Below are positions 29,578 through 39,761 of a stretch of 64,000 nt of DNA, piece by piece (the first letter of the stretch is position 1; every line of letters begins with the position of its first letter). The stretch is from Candidatus Cryosericum sp. GTDB taxonomy: Bacteria > Caldisericota > Caldisericia > Cryosericales > Cryosericaceae. The position numbers were made by a program, and so were the translations under genes. Under the pieces are notes generated by a model. It had not been told where the DNA came from. It ran no database searches and saw nothing but the letters and a program-made list of their open reading frames with translations. The DNA lies in the NCBI GenBank assembly GCA_049699855.1, contig JBNAWM010000001.1:62885-126884 (forward strand), in the 5' to 3' direction.

Positions 29578-30513
29578 CTAGTCTTCGGGCATTTTGATCC
29601 CAATATCACTCAGAGCTTCGTCTACGCTCTTTCGCCCGGCATCACCGAAGTCGCTGATGCTCTCACCACGATGCTCAAGGTACTGGGACACTGTTTCAAT
29701 TCCCGCGGCTTTGAGTACCTTGACCCAACGGTTCTTTACTCCGTCGACAGTATCGAGAGCCATGGAAAAGATGTCTCTATCGGAAACATCTGAACCTGGC
29801 TCCACACCCTGCGCGGGCTGCATCTTCAGGCATGCCTCCAGCTGCTGAGCGTGGCCACGGATGATCTCAAGGGCCTCCTTGAGAGCATCGCGGGCTCTTA
29901 TGGTAGGAAAGTGAGAAATCTCAACAATCAGGCGTTCCGAGTCAGCCTTCTGCTTTATTCTGACAGGCTCAACGCTGAAGTTGACGGTCCGCACTGGAGA
30001 AAAGATGCTGTCAATGGCAATTGTGTCAACTGTTCCGCCAAGCAGCTCATGATTTTCCTCGTTGCTGACATATCCAAGCCCCGTGTGAAGCACAACCTGG
30101 AGATCCAGAACGCTGTCATCTGCAGAAAGCTCCGCGATCCTGAGATCGGGATTGAAAATGGTCACAAGTGAATTCTTCTCGAAGTCTTCGGCTCTCACGA
30201 TCCCTCTTCCCTTGTGCTTGAGCGAAAGAGTCGCCTCGCTTCCATCAAGAATGGAGACCTGGAGGTTTCGCACATTGAAAATAATCTCCTGGAGGTCCTC
30301 CTTGATACCCGGCAGCGTCGTGAACTCGTGAAGAGCACCATTGACCCTGATAGCCACTGGAGCACTTCCACGGATAGAGGAAAGCAGCACACGACGAAGC
30401 GCGTTGCCCATCGTTGTCCCATATCCATGTTGCAATGGCTCGAAGACGAACTTGCCGTACTCCGCGGTCTCTTCGGCAGCAGTAAGTCTGATACCTTCAA
30501 GCCCTTCTATCAT
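29578..30513 (-). CDS. rpoA: RNA polymerase alpha subunit
   Basis: EPLQHGYGTTMGNALRRVLLSS, IDSIFSPV; start placed at MIEGLE. Confidence 0.98.
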   Translation of the reverse strand: MIEGLEGIRLTAAEETAEYGKFVFEPLQHGYGTTMGNALRRVLLSSIRGSAPVAIRVNGALHEFTTLPGIKEDLQEIIFNVRNLQVSILDGSEATLSLKHKGRGIVRAEDFEKNSLVTIFNPDLRIAELSADDSVLDLQVVLHTGLGYVSNEENHELLGGTVDTIAIDSIFSPVRTVNFSVEPVRIKQKADSERLIVEISHFPTIRARDALKEALEIIRGHAQQLEACLKMQPAQGVEPGSDVSDRDIFSMALDTVDGVKNRWVKVLKAAGIETVSQYLEHRGESISDFGDAGRKSVDEALSDIGIKMPED

Positions 30514-30523
30514 AGCAGGCTCC

Positions 30524-31153
30524 CTACTTCGAATAGTATTCGATAACAAGACGCGTATTGATCGGAAGACCAATCTGCTCGGCGGTTGGAATGCTCAGGA
30601 CTGTTCCTTCCATCTTGTCAGGGTTGAAAGTGAGCCACTGAGGAGTAGCCGGCTTGCTCGCCACCGATTCCTGCACACCAATCATCGACTTCGCCGTGTC
30701 ACTCAAGGTGATAATATCGCCTACCTTGACCTGATAAGAAGCGATATCGACACGATGACCGTTCACAAAGACATTCCCGTGGCACACCATTTGACGAGCC
30801 GACTTGCGGCCGGGCTGAATACCCATACGGAAAACGACGTTGTCCAGTCTGCGCTCCAGAAGCTCAAGAAGCTTTCCACCGGTTGGAATGGCCTTCTGCG
30901 AGTTGGCAAGAGCAAAGTAGCTCCTGAACTGACGCTCTGACAGGCCATACGCCAGACGAAGGCGCTGCTTCTCCTTGAGATGGAGTTCATAGTCGCTGTC
31001 CTTACGGAACTTCTGGTCCACACCATGCTGACCAGGGCCCATCTTCCCTCGTTCAAGCGGGCACTTGCTGCTTGAACAACGCGACCCCTTCAAAAAGAGC
31101 TTTGTATTCAGTGCGCGGCACTTCCGGCACGATGCATCAATATATCTCGACAT
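30524..31153 (-). CDS. rpsD: 30S ribosomal protein S4 (zinc form)
   Basis: CRKCR..CSSSKC, LLERRLDNVVFR. Confidence 0.99.
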   Translation of the reverse strand: MSRYIDASCRKCRALNTKLFLKGSRCSSSKCPLERGKMGPGQHGVDQKFRKDSDYELHLKEKQRLRLAYGLSERQFRSYFALANSQKAIPTGGKLLELLERRLDNVVFRMGIQPGRKSARQMVCHGNVFVNGHRVDIASYQVKVGDIITLSDTAKSMIGVQESVASKPATPQWLTFNPDKMEGTVLSIPTAEQIGLPINTRLVIEYYSK

Positions 31154-31162
31154 TGCCGCCTC

Positions 31163-31558
31163 CTATACCCTTCGAATCTTGCGTGGCCGGCACCCGTTAT
31201 GCGGGATTGGCGTCACGTCCTTGATGGACGAGACATTCAGGCCAGCAGACTGCAGAGCACGGACGGCGATCTCACGACCCGAACCAGCGCCCTTCACAAA
31301 CACATTCACTCTCGACATGCCCATGGCGATGGCTTTCTCGGCTGCCTTCTGAGCAGCGACCTGGGCCGCGAATGGAGTTCCCTTCTTGGAACCCTTGAAT
31401 CCACTGCTCCCTGACGAACCCCAGCAGACGGTGTCCCCCTGAGCATCAGTGATGGTCACCAGTGTGTTGTTGAACGATGAAAAGACGTAGGCCTTCCCCT
31501 CTCCAACAACCCGTTTCTCTTTCTTGCGCTTGACTACCTTCTTCTTAATATCTGCCAT
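31163..31558 (-). CDS. rpsK: 30S ribosomal protein S11
   Basis: [22 protein letters not shown]. Confidence 0.99.
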   Translation of the reverse strand: MADIKKKVVKRKKEKRVVGEGKAYVFSSFNNTLVTITDAQGDTVCWGSSGSSGFKGSKKGTPFAAQVAAQKAAEKAIAMGMSRVNVFVKGAGSGREIAVRALQSAGLNVSSIKDVTPIPHNGCRPRKIRRV

Positions 31559-31573
31559 ACGTTCCCCTTTTAC

Positions 31574-31948
31574 CTAAACCTTGGATGCTTTGGAACCGAC
31601 GGTCTTCTTCGGTCCCTTGCGTGTGCGAGCATTGGTCCTGGTGCGCTGGCCTCGAACGGGGAGACCCCTCTTGTGCCGAACACCGCGGTAGCAGTTGATT
31701 TCCATGAGTCTCCGGATGTTCGTCGATACTTCCCGACGAAGGTCTCCCTCCACAACAAGGTTGTCATTGATCGCCTTCTGGATAGCGAGAATCTCGCTCT
31801 CAGTCAGGTCCTTGACCTTCTTGTCCTCCGAAACTCCAGCAACGCTGCAGATCATCTTATAGTTGGACTTGCCGATGCCGTAGATGTACGTGAGAGCAAT
31901 GCCCACTTTCTTTCCGGCAGCAAGGTCGATACCGCTAATACGAGCCAC
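31574..31948 (-). CDS. rpsM: 30S ribosomal protein S13
   Basis: [34 protein letters not shown]. Confidence 0.99.
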   Translation of the reverse strand: MARISGIDLAAGKKVGIALTYIYGIGKSNYKMICSVAGVSEDKKVKDLTESEILAIQKAINDNLVVEGDLRREVSTNIRRLMEINCYRGVRHKRGLPVRGQRTRTNARTRKGPKKTVGSKASKV

Positions 31949-31958
31949 TATTCCTCCT

Positions 31959-32075
31959 TTACTTACCCTGGCGCTGCTTGTGTTTCGGGTTCTCGCAGAT
32001 CACCATGACAGTTCCATTGCGCTTGACAATCTTGCACTTAGCACAAATCTTCTTTACAGACGGTCTCACCTTCAT
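31959..32075 (-). CDS. rpmJ: 50S ribosomal protein L36 (zinc form)
   Basis: Manual translation [38 protein letters not shown] (38 aa). Confidence 0.98.
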   Translation of the reverse strand: MKVRPSVKKICAKCKIVKRNGTVMVICENPKHKQRQGK

Positions 32076-32104
32076 AGGTAGTTACTCCTTTCTACTCTTC
32101 GACG

Positions 32105-32320
32105 CTACAGTCGATACGTAATGCGTGCTTTTGAGAGGTCATAGGGTGTTATCTCAAGCCTTACCTTGTCTCCCGGGAGAATCTTGATGAAGTTGAGTCT
32201 CATCTTTCCGCTGATGTGGGCCAGCACAATCTTGCCGTTGCCCAGTCTAACGCGGAACATCGTTCCCGGCAGTGTCTCCAAAATCACGCCCTCTGTCTCT
32301 ATTACTTCTTTTTTGTTCAT
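32105..32320 (-). CDS. infA: Translation initiation factor IF-1
   Basis: [24 protein letters not shown]. Confidence 0.98.
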   Translation of the reverse strand: MNKKEVIETEGVILETLPGTMFRVRLGNGKIVLAHISGKMRLNFIKILPGDKVRLEITPYDLSKARITYRL

Positions 32321-33066
32321 GGCTGGTGTGTCAGAATGACGGGGCCCTGAGCAGTGATGGCAATGGTGTGCTCGAAATGAGCACTCTTGCGTCCATCAAC
32401 AGTGACTACTGTCCAGCCGTCGTCAAGCACGCGGACAGCACTGCCGCCGGCGTTAACCATCGGTTCGATCGCAATCACCAGCCCCTCCTTGAGAACCATA
32501 CCTGTACCGGCCTTGCCATAATTCGGAACTTCAGGATCTTCGTGAAGCTCCTTTCCTACACCATGGCCGACATAGTCGCGAACGACGCTCATTCCCTGGC
32601 CCTCTGCCACCCGTTGAACTGCGTAGCCGATGTCGCCAAGGCGTCCTCCTGCAACTGCGGCATCAATACCGGCATACAAGCTCTCTCGCGTCGTTTCGAT
32701 GAGCTTCTCATCCTCAGCCGTCACTGTCCCACAAGCCACGGTAATCGCAGAATCTGCATAGTAGTCATCGTAGATCAGCCCAAGATCAAGTGAAACAACG
32801 TCACCTGATTTCAGGGCACGACGACTCGGAATGCCGTGGATGACCTGCTCATTGACCGAAACGCACAGTGATGCCGGATAGCCGCTGTAGTGCAAAAACG
32901 CGGGAATGGCCCCGAGCTCACGAATGTAGCGCTCGGCAGCACGGTCCAACTCCGCGGTTTTCACCCCGGGAGCAACCATGGCCCCGACCTGATGCAAGAC
33001 CTGACCCAGCTTTGCACCTGAAGTGCGCAGGCGCTCAATCTCTGACGGAGACTTAAGCCTGATCAT
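32317..33066 (-). CDS. map: Methionine aminopeptidase type I
   Basis: [33 protein letters not shown]; start at MIRLKS. Confidence 0.98.
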   Translation of the reverse strand: MIRLKSPSEIERLRTSGAKLGQVLHQVGAMVAPGVKTAELDRAAERYIRELGAIPAFLHYSGYPASLCVSVNEQVIHGIPSRRALKSGDVVSLDLGLIYDDYYADSAITVACGTVTAEDEKLIETTRESLYAGIDAAVAGGRLGDIGYAVQRVAEGQGMSVVRDYVGHGVGKELHEDPEVPNYGKAGTGMVLKEGLVIAIEPMVNAGGSAVRVLDDGWTVVTVDGRKSAHFEHTIAITAQGPVILTHQP

Positions 33067-33715
33067 CAAGCACCTTTCGCATCTCAGCAAAAACGGCCTC
33101 GGGAGCCTGCATGCCATCGATGGTCACGAGTTTGCCCTGGTCGCCATAGTAGCCGATCAACGCTTTCGTTATAGCTTCATACGTGGCCATCCTGGTCCTG
33201 ACGCTCTCGTCACGATCATCCTCGCGCTGTATCAGCGCGGCGCCACAGAGGTCACAGAGCCCCTCCCTCTTTGGCGGCTGAAAGTATACGTTGTAAACGC
33301 TGCCATCGTTGGGGCATACGCGTCGCCCCGATATCCGACGAAACGCTGTTTCCACAGGCAGATCAACGTATATGGCTGCTGTCAAGCGAAGGCTTTGCTT
33401 TGTCAGATAGTCATCGAGAAATGCGGCTTGAGCGACAGTTCTCGGATACCCGTCCAGAACGAAGCCTGCTTGTGCCTCCTGGGTCGACAGAAACGATTCG
33501 ACGACAATAAGATTTACATCTTCGTCGCTCACAAGACCCCCAGCATTGATCTTGGCCGAAATCTCGGCGGGCAGCTTTCCCTCCCGCCGAAGATTCCGGA
33601 AATACTCACCGCTCGAAAACGTGGGCACTCCGAATGCCTTTGCAATCAGCGCAGCCTGAGTACCTTTCCCCGAACCGGGCAACCCCAAAAGAATAATCCG
33701 TGGATGTTGCATCAT
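33053..33715 (-). CDS. adk: Adenylate kinase (zinc-LID type)
   Basis: GLPGSGKGTQ, LDGYPRT, CPND..CDLC LID. Confidence 0.98.
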   Translation of the reverse strand: MMQHPRIILLGLPGSGKGTQAALIAKAFGVPTFSSGEYFRNLRREGKLPAEISAKINAGGLVSDEDVNLIVVESFLSTQEAQAGFVLDGYPRTVAQAAFLDDYLTKQSLRLTAAIYVDLPVETAFRRISGRRVCPNDGSVYNVYFQPPKREGLCDLCGAALIQREDDRDESVRTRMATYEAITKALIGYYGDQGKLVTIDGMQAPEAVFAEMRKVLDDQA

Positions 33716-34980
33716 TATTTCATGAACCCCTTGTAGTGCCGCATCATCATGTATGCCTCGATTTCCTGTACGGTCTCAAGTGCAACTCCAATGATAATGA
33801 GTATGGACGTACCACCAAATGCAAAAGCTGAAATCTGAAGGTGCCTCATGGCCAGGTTGGGCACAATGGCCAGAATCGCCAGGAAGACGGCCGTAGGCAG
33901 AACAATCCGATCCAGCACATTCTTGATGTACTGCGCCGTCGCATCGCCCGGCCGAACACCAGGCACATACCCTCCATACTTCTTGAGGTCTTCGGCAATC
34001 TTCGTGGGATCATACGTGATCTCAGTATAGAAGTACGTGAAGAAGATGATGAGAAAGAAGAAAGTGATGCTGTACGCAAGTGTCCCCGAACTCGTGAGAG
34101 GCTGAGCAATGTGAACATAGAACCAGGAGGTCGGCCAGAATTGACCGATCGTCGCAGGGAACATAAGAACGGTCGATGCAAAGATGATCGGGAGTACTCC
34201 TGCTTGGACAAGCTTCAGCGGAATGTAGGTCGATTGCCCGCCATAGACTTTCCGGCCAACGACACGCTTCGCATACTGAACGGGAATCTTCCGCTCGCCT
34301 TCGTAGGCAAACAATACCAGCAACAGCAGGACGACGGCTCCAAGGATACCACCGACAAGCCCAAGGATGCTCAGCGATTGTGCCTGGGCAAGGCTGAACG
34401 CCTGTGCCAGTCCGACTGGAATGCGACTTACAATTCCAGCAAAAATGATCAGCGATACGCCATTGCCAATGCCGTGGTCCGTCATGATTTCTCCAAGCCA
34501 CAGCACGATATAGGCTCCCGCTGTCAGACTCAGGACAATCAGCAGCTTGACAAAGAATCCCGTGCTCGAAAGATAGTTGTGGAAAATAGCCACGACACCG
34601 AAGGATTCAATGATGGCAAGTGCAAGCGTAAGGTATCGCGTGTACTTTGCGATCTTCAACTGACCTTCCTTGCCACCTTCTCTTCGAAGCTCCTCCAGCG
34701 CGGGGATGACTGAGCCAAGAAGCTCAATGATAATGGAAGCATTGATGTAAGGAAGCACGCTTAACGAGAAGATGGCAAAGTTTGCAATGCCGCCTCCAGA
34801 GAACAAGTCGAGCAACCCCAGAAAACCGCCCTTGCCAACCAGCTGTGCCACAGCGGCTCGATCAATGCCTGGCACGGGAATATACGTGCCGAGCCTGATG
34901 ACAATGAACATCATCAGAGTGAACAAGATCCTGTTGCGCAGCTCAGGGAGCCTGAAAGCTCTCCTCAGTGTTTCAAACAT
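33715..34980 (-). CDS. secY: Preprotein translocase subunit SecY
   Basis: PYINASII, GIGNGVSLIIF, IPVQY, FGGTSILI. Confidence 0.99.
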   Translation of the reverse strand: MFETLRRAFRLPELRNRILFTLMMFIVIRLGTYIPVPGIDRAAVAQLVGKGGFLGLLDLFSGGGIANFAIFSLSVLPYINASIIIELLGSVIPALEELRREGGKEGQLKIAKYTRYLTLALAIIESFGVVAIFHNYLSSTGFFVKLLIVLSLTAGAYIVLWLGEIMTDHGIGNGVSLIIFAGIVSRIPVGLAQAFSLAQAQSLSILGLVGGILGAVVLLLLVLFAYEGERKIPVQYAKRVVGRKVYGGQSTYIPLKLVQAGVLPIIFASTVLMFPATIGQFWPTSWFYVHIAQPLTSSGTLAYSITFFFLIIFFTYFYTEITYDPTKIAEDLKKYGGYVPGVRPGDATAQYIKNVLDRIVLPTAVFLAILAIVPNLAMRHLQISAFAFGGTSILIIIGVALETVQEIEAYMMMRHYKGFMK

Positions 34981-35399
34981 CAGACCACCTCGCAGGTACC
35001 GCCCGCCTTCTCGATCTTCTCACGAGCGGAAGCCGAGAAAGCCGACGCACGGACCTGTACCTTGGTCGTCAGTTCACCGTCTCCAAGCACTTTCACAGGA
35101 GCGTTGTAGAGGGCGTTCAGATCAAGAGGCATTTCGCCCTCGTATCCCTCAAGAGCTCCAACGTTCACGGCAACATACACTGTCCGGACCGGGGGTCTGA
35201 ATCCCTTTTTCTTGGGCAGGCGGCGGTAGAGAGGGGTCTGACCTCCCTCAAACCCGACGCGCTTGCTGCGCCCGGAACGGGCTTTGGCGCCTTTGCGGCC
35301 ATGGCCGCTCTGCTTGCCCTTGCCACTGCCAGCTCCTCTGCCGACAATCTTGGGGGAATCGATGAACCCCCCGGGTCTGACGATCTCATTCAGTTTCAT
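34980..35399 (-). CDS. rplO: 50S ribosomal protein L15
   Basis: GRGAGSGKGK, FEGGQTPLYRRLPK. Confidence 0.98.
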   Translation of the reverse strand: MKLNEIVRPGGFIDSPKIVGRGAGSGKGKQSGHGRKGAKARSGRSKRVGFEGGQTPLYRRLPKKKGFRPPVRTVYVAVNVGALEGYEGEMPLDLNALYNAPVKVLGDGELTTKVQVRASAFSASAREKIEKAGGTCEVV

Positions 35400-35917
35400 T
35401 GACGAGCCTCCGTAGCGTGTGGCTCTGCATTGATGTGATCCTGTCTGCGCAGGTTCTGCATCACTGTCATCTGCTCGATGTCACGAAGTCCATCGATCGT
35501 CGCCGTCGCGAGCGAGATGGCGTTCGAGCTCCCAAGAGATTTTGTGAGCACATCCTGCACTCCAACCTTCTCCATGATCTGTCGGACGACACCACCGGCA
35601 ACGATTCCCGTGCCCGTGACGGCTGGCTGAAGATAGACCCATCCAGCACCCGTGCGAGTCTTGGTCGAATATGGCAACGTTGTTCCTTTCAAGGTGAACG
35701 TGACCAGGTTGCGCTTGGCTGCGGTGACTCCCTTGGTAATAGCCTGTGGAATTTCAACCGCTTTCCCGATCCCGATGCCGACCTTGCCCTTCTTGTTGCC
35801 GACAACGACGAGAACTCTGAACTTCATCTTCTTGCCACCCTTGACGACCTTGGTAACACGGTCGATGCTGATGACCGATTCTTCGAATTCTTTCGGTTCA
35901 AACGAACGTCTTGCCAC
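35396..35917 (-). CDS. rpsE: 30S ribosomal protein S5
   Basis: RVTKVVKGGK, GTGIVAGG, KSLGSSN. Confidence 0.98.
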   Translation of the reverse strand: MARRSFEPKEFEESVISIDRVTKVVKGGKKMKFRVLVVVGNKKGKVGIGIGKAVEIPQAITKGVTAAKRNLVTFTLKGTTLPYSTKTRTGAGWVYLQPAVTGTGIVAGGVVRQIMEKVGVQDVLTKSLGSSNAISLATATIDGLRDIEQMTVMQNLRRQDHINAEPHATEARQ

Positions 35918-35926
35918 AGCTTCCTC

Positions 35927-36295
35927 CTAGAATTCCAGTCCCGCAGCACGCGCGGCTTCGGCAAGCGCCTTGATGCGACCGTGGTACGAATGCCCACCCC
36001 GATCAAAGGCTACTGTCTTGATACCCATTTTTAGCGCTTTATCAGCTATCTCCGAGCCAACCGCCTGGCACGCAACTGTATTGTTGGCAGTTTCCATTTT
36101 GCCATCAGCCTTGCGTTTGAGGTTCGATGCGGCAGCAAGCGTCACGCCTCTGTCGTCATCAATGAGCTGAGCGTAAACATGCTTCAAGCTTACGAAAACG
36201 GCAAGCCTGGGACGGTCAGCAGTGCCCGCAACCTTCTTGCGAATCCGGTCATGCCGTCTCTCGCGAGCTTCTTCTCTATCACGTTTGCTAATCAT
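35927..36295 (-). CDS. rplR: 50S ribosomal protein L18
   Basis: RPRLAV, FDRGGHSYHGRIKALAEAAR. Confidence 0.98.
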   Translation of the reverse strand: MISKRDREEARERRHDRIRKKVAGTADRPRLAVFVSLKHVYAQLIDDDRGVTLAAASNLKRKADGKMETANNTVACQAVGSEIADKALKMGIKTVAFDRGGHSYHGRIKALAEAARAAGLEF

Positions 36296-36303
36296 TGTTC
36301 CCC

Positions 36304-36852
36304 CTACGCACCAGACAAGGCTTTCTTCCCAGCCTTGATCCTGACTTTCTCATCAGCGTACCGGATGCCCTTTCCCTTATAGTGATCAGGCACACGCACC
36401 TTGCGGACAATCTGCGCGAACTGGCCCAGCTTCACGGCATCCGCACCTGTCATTGCGATCTTGACGTTGTCGGTCACTTCCACCTTGATGCCCTCTGGGA
36501 TCTTCATGGACACCGGATGCGAATAGCCAACGAGCAGCGTAAGGTTCCCGCCTTCCACTGCAGCCTTGTAACCGACACCAACCACTTCCAGCCGCTTGAC
36601 GAATCCCTCGGTAACACCCTTCACGAGGCTCGTAAACTGAGCTGACGTTGTGCCATACATGACGTTCAGCGTTTCCTCATAGGCAGGATCAAGAGTGAAG
36701 CGCGCACGGTTCTCTTCGACGCTGTACTCGATGTGCTCGGGAACAGACAAGGTCAATGAGCCTCGCGGTCCGGTGACGGTCAACAAGCGATCCGTCTGGA
36801 CCACAGTCACACCCTCTGGTATCGTTGTCAATCTCTTTCCTATTCTCGACAT
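36304..36852 (-). CDS. rplF: 50S ribosomal protein L6
   Basis: MSRIGK, GVGYKA, PDHYKGKGIRY. Confidence 0.98.
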   Translation of the reverse strand: MSRIGKRLTTIPEGVTVVQTDRLLTVTGPRGSLTLSVPEHIEYSVEENRARFTLDPAYEETLNVMYGTTSAQFTSLVKGVTEGFVKRLEVVGVGYKAAVEGGNLTLLVGYSHPVSMKIPEGIKVEVTDNVKIAMTGADAVKLGQFAQIVRKVRVPDHYKGKGIRYADEKVRIKAGKKALSGA

Positions 36853-36862
36853 GTAGTCCCCC

Positions 36863-37261
36863 TTACCAGACGAAACAAATGACTTCGCCGCCAAGCCCCT
36901 CTTTGCGAGCCTGTACGTCGGTCATCAGTCCCTCTGGAGTGGAGATGATTGCCGTTCCGGCACCCATGAGAACGCGCGGCACTGCATCCTTCTTCACATA
37001 GATGCGGCGACCCGGAACACTGATACGCTTCAGACCGGTAATGTAGCGGCCACGCGTCTTTGTGTACTTGAGGTCAACCTTCAGGTACTTGCGATTATCA
37101 CGAACGATTTCCGAAACGCTCCCGACATAGCCCTGCCTCTTGAGAATCAGCGCAAGAGCGCTGTTCATCTCTGAATAAGGTGCAATGGCGGAATCGTGGT
37201 ACACCAGGTTTGCATTTCTGACCCTGGTCAAAAAATCTGAAAGTGCGTCAACTCTGGACAT
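36863..37261 (-). CDS. rpsH: 30S ribosomal protein S8
   Basis: DFLTRVRNA, RISVPGRRIY, IISTPEG..GGEVICFVW. Confidence 0.98.
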   Translation of the reverse strand: MSRVDALSDFLTRVRNANLVYHDSAIAPYSEMNSALALILKRQGYVGSVSEIVRDNRKYLKVDLKYTKTRGRYITGLKRISVPGRRIYVKKDAVPRVLMGAGTAIISTPEGLMTDVQARKEGLGGEVICFVW

Positions 37262-37271
37262 GTCTCCTCCT

Positions 37272-37457
37272 CTACCAGCTAGCCTTCTTGACGCCCGGAA
37301 GCTTCCCTTCGAGTGCCATCTTGCGGAAGCACAGCCTGCACAGGCCAAACTCCCGATAGTACCCGCGGGACCGCCCACAGATCTTGCACCTGTTGTGAGC
37401 TCTGGTCGAGAACTTGGGCTTGCGAAGAGCCTTGTTGATCATCGCTTTTCTTGCCAT
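37272..37457 (-). CDS. rpsZ: 30S ribosomal protein S14 type Z
   Basis: 61 aa, [23 protein letters not shown]. Confidence 0.98.
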   Translation of the reverse strand: MARKAMINKALRKPKFSTRAHNRCKICGRSRGYYREFGLCRLCFRKMALEGKLPGVKKASW

Positions 37458-37473
37458 AGTGTCTCCTTACACC

Positions 37474-38127
37474 CTATCTCTGCCTAAACGGCACACCAAA
37501 TGATTCAAGCAAGGCCTTGCACTCTTCATCAGTCTGTGCAGTCGTGGTAACCGTGATGCTCATTCCACGAGCCTTGTCCACTTTGTCATACAAAATCTCA
37601 GGGAACACAAGCTGCTCCTTGAGTGCAAACGTGTAGTTGCCGCGACCGTCGAAAGACTTGGGAGAGAGTCCCTTGAAGTCTCTGATACGCTCAAACACGA
37701 CCGTAACGAGCTTCTCCAGGAAGGCATACATCCGAACGCCTCTCAGCGTTACGGCGACACCCACAGGGGCGTTCTTCCGAATCTTAAACGTCGCAATAGA
37801 CTTCTTTGCCAGTGTTACGATCGGCTTCTGCCCAGAGATCAGTCCAATCTCTTCCACGCTGCTGTCGATGACCTTGGGGTTCTCGGTCGCTTCACCAATG
37901 CCCCGGTTAATGGTAATCTTCGCAATGCGCGGAATCTGCATCACATTGGCATATCCAAAACGCTTCTGGAGCTCCTTGCGAACCTCTGTCTCATACTTGG
38001 CTCGGTAGGCGTTCGAGAAACTGGCAAGCTCGCGCTTTGCAACAACCTTGCCTTTGGCCGGAGTCTTCTCCTTTTTCGCGGGAGCGGCTGCCGGTGCTGT
38101 CTTCTTTGTCACTTCCTTAGCTGCCAT
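37474..38127 (-). CDS. rplE: 50S ribosomal protein L5 with Lys/Ala/Pro-rich N-terminal extension
   Basis: [28 protein letters not shown]. Confidence 0.98.
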   Translation of the reverse strand: MAAKEVTKKTAPAAAPAKKEKTPAKGKVVAKRELASFSNAYRAKYETEVRKELQKRFGYANVMQIPRIAKITINRGIGEATENPKVIDSSVEEIGLISGQKPIVTLAKKSIATFKIRKNAPVGVAVTLRGVRMYAFLEKLVTVVFERIRDFKGLSPKSFDGRGNYTFALKEQLVFPEILYDKVDKARGMSITVTTTAQTDEECKALLESFGVPFRQR

Positions 38128-38138
38128 ACCACGCCTCC

Positions 38139-38477
38139 TTAGGCTCTATCGATCGTCTCGTTGCAGACTCTGCACGAGCGAATAGACTTACCGCCTTCGA
38201 CGAGACGATGAGCGACTCTGGTCGGCTGATGGCAGCTGGGGCAGATAAGCATGACCTTGCTGGCAAGGATGGGCGCTTCACGCTTGGCAATCTTGCCCTG
38301 CGGCATTTCCTGCGTTGGACGAAGGCTCTTGGAAACCATGTTGACCCCTTCCACCAGGACCCTCCCGGTCGTTGGAATCGTTCTGATCACCTTTCCCTTG
38401 CTCCCTTTGTCTTTTCCCGAAAGAACGATAACCGTATCACCCTTTCGAATATCCATGAACTTCGATGTACCCTTCAT
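38139..38477 (-). CDS. rplX: 50S ribosomal protein L24
   Basis: [19 protein letters not shown] motif; start at ATG 38477 after AGGAG. Confidence 0.97.
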   Translation of the reverse strand: MKGTSKFMDIRKGDTVIVLSGKDKGSKGKVIRTIPTTGRVLVEGVNMVSKSLRPTQEMPQGKIAKREAPILASKVMLICPSCHQPTRVAHRLVEGGKSIRSCRVCNETIDRA

Positions 38478-38486
38478 AGTCAACTC

Positions 38487-38855
38487 CTACACAACTTCCG
38501 GTGCGAGCGAGGCGATCTTGAGATAGCCCTTGTCACGCAGCTCCCGGCAAACAGGTCCAAAGATACGTGTTCCTTTGGGATTTCCGTCGTCATCGATGAG
38601 CACTGCCGCATTCTGGTCAAACCGCACCAGGCTGCCATCGGGCCGGCGAATCTCCCTTTTGGTCCGCACTATAACACACTTCACAACCGCACCCTTCACG
38701 ACTGCAGCGTTCGGCGCAGCCTTCTTGACAGTGGCCACGCACTTGTCACCTACATGGCCGACCTGGTGCTTGTTGTTGGTGAGAACCGTAATGATCCGCA
38801 CCTCTTTTGCGCCGGAATTATCGGCGACAACCATATGGCTGTAGGGTCTAAGCAT
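38487..38855 (-). CDS. rplN: 50S ribosomal protein L14
   Basis: [32 protein letters not shown]; start at ATG 38855 after GAGGGGG. Confidence 0.97.
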   Translation of the reverse strand: MLRPYSHMVVADNSGAKEVRIITVLTNNKHQVGHVGDKCVATVKKAAPNAAVVKGAVVKCVIVRTKREIRRPDGSLVRFDQNAAVLIDDDGNPKGTRIFGPVCRELRDKGYLKIASLAPEVV

Positions 38856-39120
38856 TCTGAGCCCCCTCAACAGTGGTATCCACCTTGTTGACAACCTCGA
38901 CAAGTCTCCAACGCTTTGAGCTGGAGATCGGCCGTGCAAATGCAACAGTGACCACGTCTCCAACAGAAGCCAATCGTCTGCTGTCATCGGCATAGAGTTT
39001 GGTTGTCCTCTGTGTCACACGGCCAAACCTGCCACGAATCATTCGCTTCACGCCAACAACCACGCGTCCTTCCTGTGCCTTGAGCACAACACCCGTCTCG
39101 AGCAATTGTCCAGCCATCAC
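38848..39120 (-). CDS. rpsQ: 30S ribosomal protein S17 (divergent)
   Basis: Position between rpmC and rplN; [22 protein letters not shown]-terminal signature. Confidence 0.9.
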   Translation of the reverse strand: MMAGQLLETGVVLKAQEGRVVVGVKRMIRGRFGRVTQRTTKLYADDSRRLASVGDVVTVAFARPISSSKRWRLVEVVNKVDTTVEGAQNA

Positions 39121-39335
39121 TTGACCTCCTGCTTCTTCGACGCGAGCCCCATGGTGCGCTCATGCTCGACTGTCAGAATCTTGGCAATATCGCGGCGGAC
39201 TTCCTTCACGCGAGCCGTATTCTTGAGTTGGCGCGTCGCAAGCTGAAACCTAAGGTTGAACAGTTCCTGGCGAAGATTCTCCATGGTCACCTTGAGCTCA
39301 GCATCAGACATATCTCTCACTTTGTTGATCCTCAT
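39117..39335 (-). CDS. rpmC: 50S ribosomal protein L29
   Basis: [18 protein letters not shown]. Confidence 0.97.
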   Translation of the reverse strand: MRINKVRDMSDAELKVTMENLRQELFNLRFQLATRQLKNTARVKEVRRDIAKILTVEHERTMGLASKKQEVK

Positions 39336-39745
39336 TAGCTCCCCCTTGATAAGAAGCGCGTCCTGATAGGCAGCTTGAAGGAAGCCAGTCGGGTAACACG
39401 GCGTGCCTCTTCCTCCGTGATGCCTGACATTTCAAAGAGTATCCTGCCGGGCTTGACGACAGCAGCCCAATGATCCACATCACCCTTGCCAGACCCCATG
39501 CGCGTTTCTGCCGGCTTCTTTGTAATTGGTTTGTCCGGGAAGATCCGAATCCACATCTTTCCCTTCTTGTGGATCGCAGAGACCAGAGACAGACGAGCCG
39601 CCTCGATCTGCCGATCCGTAATAAGAGAACACTCCATGGCCTGCAGACCGAATTCTCCAAAGGACAATTCGGCTCCGCGAGTAGCCATCCCGCGCATTCT
39701 CCCGCGGTGCATCTTTCTAAATTTCGTTCTCACAGGTAATAGCAT
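39335..39745 (-). CDS. rplP: 50S ribosomal protein L16
   Basis: [24 protein letters not shown]. Confidence 0.99.
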   Translation of the reverse strand: MLLPVRTKFRKMHRGRMRGMATRGAELSFGEFGLQAMECSLITDRQIEAARLSLVSAIHKKGKMWIRIFPDKPITKKPAETRMGSGKGDVDHWAAVVKPGRILFEMSGITEEEARRVTRLASFKLPIRTRFLSRGS

Positions 39746-39761
39746 GATGTTCTCTCCTTGC

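Noticed and set aside
29578-29790. Alpha-CTD looked as if it had lost UP-element-binding residues
   Set aside because: A gapless alignment keeps the R265 equivalent and G-R-K-S (E. coli G296-K-K-S299); only the N268 and N294 positions differ, and the alternative alignment is not better supported.
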